64,000 nt of DNA from Leucoraja ocellata (lineage: Eukaryota), in contig JAWMAR010000276.1 of NCBI GenBank assembly GCA_036785375.1, positions 992,001 through 1,056,000 on the forward strand. The letters run 5' to 3'. Shown here piece by piece: positions 60,536-64,000 of the stretch. The notes under the pieces are model-generated. The model was not told where the DNA came from and made no database searches. It saw only the letters and a program-made list of their open reading frames with translations. Position 1 is the stretch's first letter. Every line of letters starts with the position of its first letter. Position numbers and translations under genes: made by a program.

Positions 60536-61974
60536 TGTCTTAGATGCACCTAGCAAAATTGAAGTCAACATTTCAATGATTAGAGTTTTATCTTACCGGG
60601 AAGATGGTTGTGGATGCTGGAAATCAATAATCCTAGGATGTCAGTGCAGACGTTCCTCAAGTCAGTGTCCTAGTCCCATCATCAGCTGCTTCAGCAAATA
60701 TTTTCCTTCCACGACAAGCTCAGAGGTGATGATGGTCCCTTCTGGTCATACCATTTATAATTTCATTCACAGCTTCTTGACAAGTGAATTAGTCCATGCC
60801 TGCATGCTGCAAATCTGAGCAACATTAGACAAAAACTGATGAGTGGTAAGTAACATTGGGGCCAAAAGTGCAAGTCCATAGTGTTCTTCAGCACGAGGTT
60901 CCAATTATTTACCATTGATATTACCATTGCTGAGTGGCTCACCATCAACATCCTTGGGATCACGACCTACCAGTAACTAAAATGGTTTGGTCTTATAAAT
61001 ACTGTGATTACAAGAGCACTACGAAGTTTTTCCACCATCTGAAAGATGTCAGATATATGTGATGGAATACTCTCCACTTGTCTTGATGACTGCAGTTCCA
61101 ACAACACCCAATAATGTTAACACTGCCCACAAAAAGCAGCTCCCTTGATTACTACCCCATCCAACACCCCAAAAATTAATTGACTCCAGCATTGATAAAG
61201 TTGCTGCAGCGTGTGTCATCTACGTAATGTATTTCCGTTGCTCCCCTAGGCTGTCCGTCAGCACTTCCCAAACCAGATACCTCTGCTACTGGGAAGGAGA
61301 GGAGCATCAAGTGCAAGGGAACATCATTACCTGCATGCTTCACTCCAAGACGTACACCATCCTGCTCCAGAAATATATTAGATTCAGATTCAGATTCAAT
61401 TTTCAGATTTAGACTCAATTTTAATTGTCATTGTCAGTGTACAGTACAGAGACAACGAAATGCATTAATGTTCCTTTGTTGACATTAAATTGAAATGATC
61501 CACTCCTCCCCTTCACAACTGTACTGTGGAAATATCTGAACCATTTCAAGTTTGTAAAGCACCACTTCACAAGGGGAATTAGTCATACACACAAAGTATT
61601 TGTTTAACTCCTTTGCCATATCCTTATACCCCCTCAGAATTTCTTCCAACTCTGTTTCTTCAAATTCTGGCTCTTGAATTTTTTTTTGTTCAAACATCTA
61701 CTCCCACAATCAGCCACCTCAGGAAGATTTGGCAATGTATATATGTTAATTCCCTTACTCATTAATGTTGGATTCAGTACGTTTCCAAACCTGGAGTTTC
61801 AATGTCATTGTTCAGGTTTACAGTTTAACAGAATGTTTTAAAACATAACAGAGGTCACTGTGCTACCTGATTATCTTGAAATCCTTCATAATGCTAAAAT
61901 AAGTCACCGGTGAAAATTAGCCCTGATTTATAGAGTGAAAGTTTTCTGATGGAATTCAGTGTAGATATATGTAC

Positions 61975-62492
61975 ATGATTAATTTGCAGATTAACTTTTG
62001 GGAATCCTGCACCAGCACTCTCAAGTCCCTTTGCACCTTCGATTCCTGGATTCTGTCCCCATTTAAAAAATAGTCTACGCCTTTATTCCTACTACCAAAA
62101 TGCACACCTGCACAATTTGCTACACTATATGCCATCTGCCACTTCTCTGCCCACTCTACCAACCTGTCCAAGTCTTTCTGCAGAGTCCCTGCTTTCTCCA
62201 ACCTACCTGCCTCTTCACCTATTTTGGTATCATCCGTAAACCTGGCCACAAAGCCTTCAATCATCCTAATCATTAATATACATCATGAAGAGTAATGGCC
62301 TCAGCATCGACCCCTGCAGAACTCCACCAGTCACTGGCGGCCAACCAGAAAAAGCCCCCTTTATTGCCAGTCTTTGCCTTTTGCCATCCAGCCAACCTGC
62401 AGGCCATACTAGTATCTGCCCTTTGATACCATGGGCTCTCATCTTCCTTAGCAGTTTAACGTGTGGCACTTTATCAAAAGCTTTCTGAAAAT
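61975..62492 (-). mobile_element. CR1 RT fragment
   Basis: VTGGVLQGSMLRPLLFMMYIND and ARFTDDTKIG motifs. Confidence 0.88.
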
Positions 62493-62844
62493 GTAGTTAA
62501 GCAACATATACTGATGGTACTCAAGGTGATATGGTTCCTAGGAACTGAGATGTTTGAGGGGCAGCAGGATGGTGATTGGGTCTTGTCATTGAGACCGGGG
62601 AGCAAGATGTTTATGCAGATGGGCAGGATCCCCACTATCATCTTCTGAACATGTGTTTGAGAGAATGCTCACATTATTTGCACAATAGCAAGTGCCAACA
62701 ACAGCTAAACGAATCACCACCTACATAAGTTTCCATCAACCTGGCCTCCAAACAGATCATATAATTGAAGACCAATTTCTGCTTCACCTATTATATGTCC
62801 TCTCGAGGTTATGATGGGATTCCATTCTTAAGAATCTGAGCAAG

Positions 62845-63122
62845 TGCCCACCGAGTCCACACCGACCAGCGATCCCCACACATTAACACTATCCTACACA
62901 CAGTAGGGAAAATTTTACATTTACACCAGACCAATTAATCTACAAACCTGTACGTCTTTGGAGTACGGGAGGAAACCAAGGATCTCGGAGAAACCCTACG
63001 TAGTCATGTGGAGAATGTACAAACTCCATACAGATAGCACCCGTAGTCAAGATCAAACCCAGGTCTCCGGCTGCAAACGCTGTAAGGCAGCAACTCTACC
63101 GCTGCACCACCGTGGCCGCCCA
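62845..63122 (-). mobile_element. tRNA-derived SINE (HE1-like)
   Basis: Reverse complement of gggcggccacggtggtgcagcggtagag... head and the conserved body. Confidence 0.8.
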
Positions 63123-64000
63123 TTAAGTGTACATAATGGGCGGCCATATTGTCCACAATTAGTGATAATTTTGCTTTTGTTTTGTTTAAAAAATGCTAGC
63201 ATTTTTACAACTTTAAAAGCTAGGTCTGAACCGCATGTAAACTTTCCCCAATCAGCTTCTCTTTCTACAAAGTTAAAGGTTGTTAACTTTGGTACCTTGT
63301 TCCATCACAGATGCATGTAGAATCTCTATAAAATTGAAATTTCCAGGCATTACTAAAGGGGTAAATTAATTTTGAAGACGAAACCTGATTTTCCAATCAT
63401 TTAATCCCAATAAACTGCCAAAAAATAAATAAAGCTGAGATTTTAAAGGCCAAATTCAATTGCTCACATAAACAGATTTAAATTTCTCAGGTGAAGCTGG
63501 GGATTCAGGGCTTTATGCCTGCCATTTTGTGGGCTGATTTTACTGCTACCTAATATCAGGCTGCATCTCTTAAAGTGGAGATATATTTTCATTAGGTACA
63601 CAAAGATGCTGGAGAAACTCAGCGGGTGCATTGATTTTCATTGGCAGGCAGTGTTGGCAAATATACTGTGTTGCCTAATATTCAGTGGCCGTACACTTGA
63701 GGTTAAGATTACCAAATACAACTTATCAGCTTCACCACCACCTGCGGCTTCATCATTGGCTATGAATCAGGTCACACATTTCAAATTTTGAATTAGGATA
63801 TAAATACAACATTGAGGCAGGAAATAACAACTGGTCAAAAATCATATATAAAGAAACCTAGATTTGAGTTGTAAGCAGACAATGGAGCAGCTAACAGCTC
63901 ATTCCCATTTTAGGGCAAACAAAGTGAATGTTATAATGCATGAGTTAGATATATGAAAAGTTGCATTTATTTTATACGTATCCTTTGCAAAGGATAATAA

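Noticed and set aside
1-64000. CRISPR arrays, operons or prokaryotic defence systems
   Set aside because: The sequence is intron-rich vertebrate DNA; no regularly spaced direct repeats were seen

Overview
Vertebrate genomic DNA, most likely a cartilaginous fish (skate/ray-like). This is inferred from HE1-type tRNA SINEs and abundant CR1, Penelope, Rex1 and Tc1 repeats. Genes: (1) a six-exon GTF3C6 on + (10877-17587, 232 aa), apparently with a GC-AG third intron; (2) an intact 11-coding-exon type-I acyl-CoA thioesterase/BAAT-family gene on - (32067-52728, with a CpG-island first exon near 58.6 kb), predicted to carry both an N-terminal mitochondrial presequence and a C-terminal PTS1-like SNL; (3) a tandem, internally deleted pseudogene copy of that gene (about 20.4-29.3 kb). 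The most striking unexplained structure is a set of four tiny retroposons (about 125-155 bp) in two sequence families. Their 5' ends fold by eye into a minimal HDV-like (nested double pseudoknot) self-cleaving ribozyme, with covarying stems between the families. In the three copies with clear target-site duplications the element starts exactly at the predicted cleavage G. Penelope-derived repeats also carry minimal type-I hammerhead motifs. All calls were made by eye; repeat boundaries are approximate.
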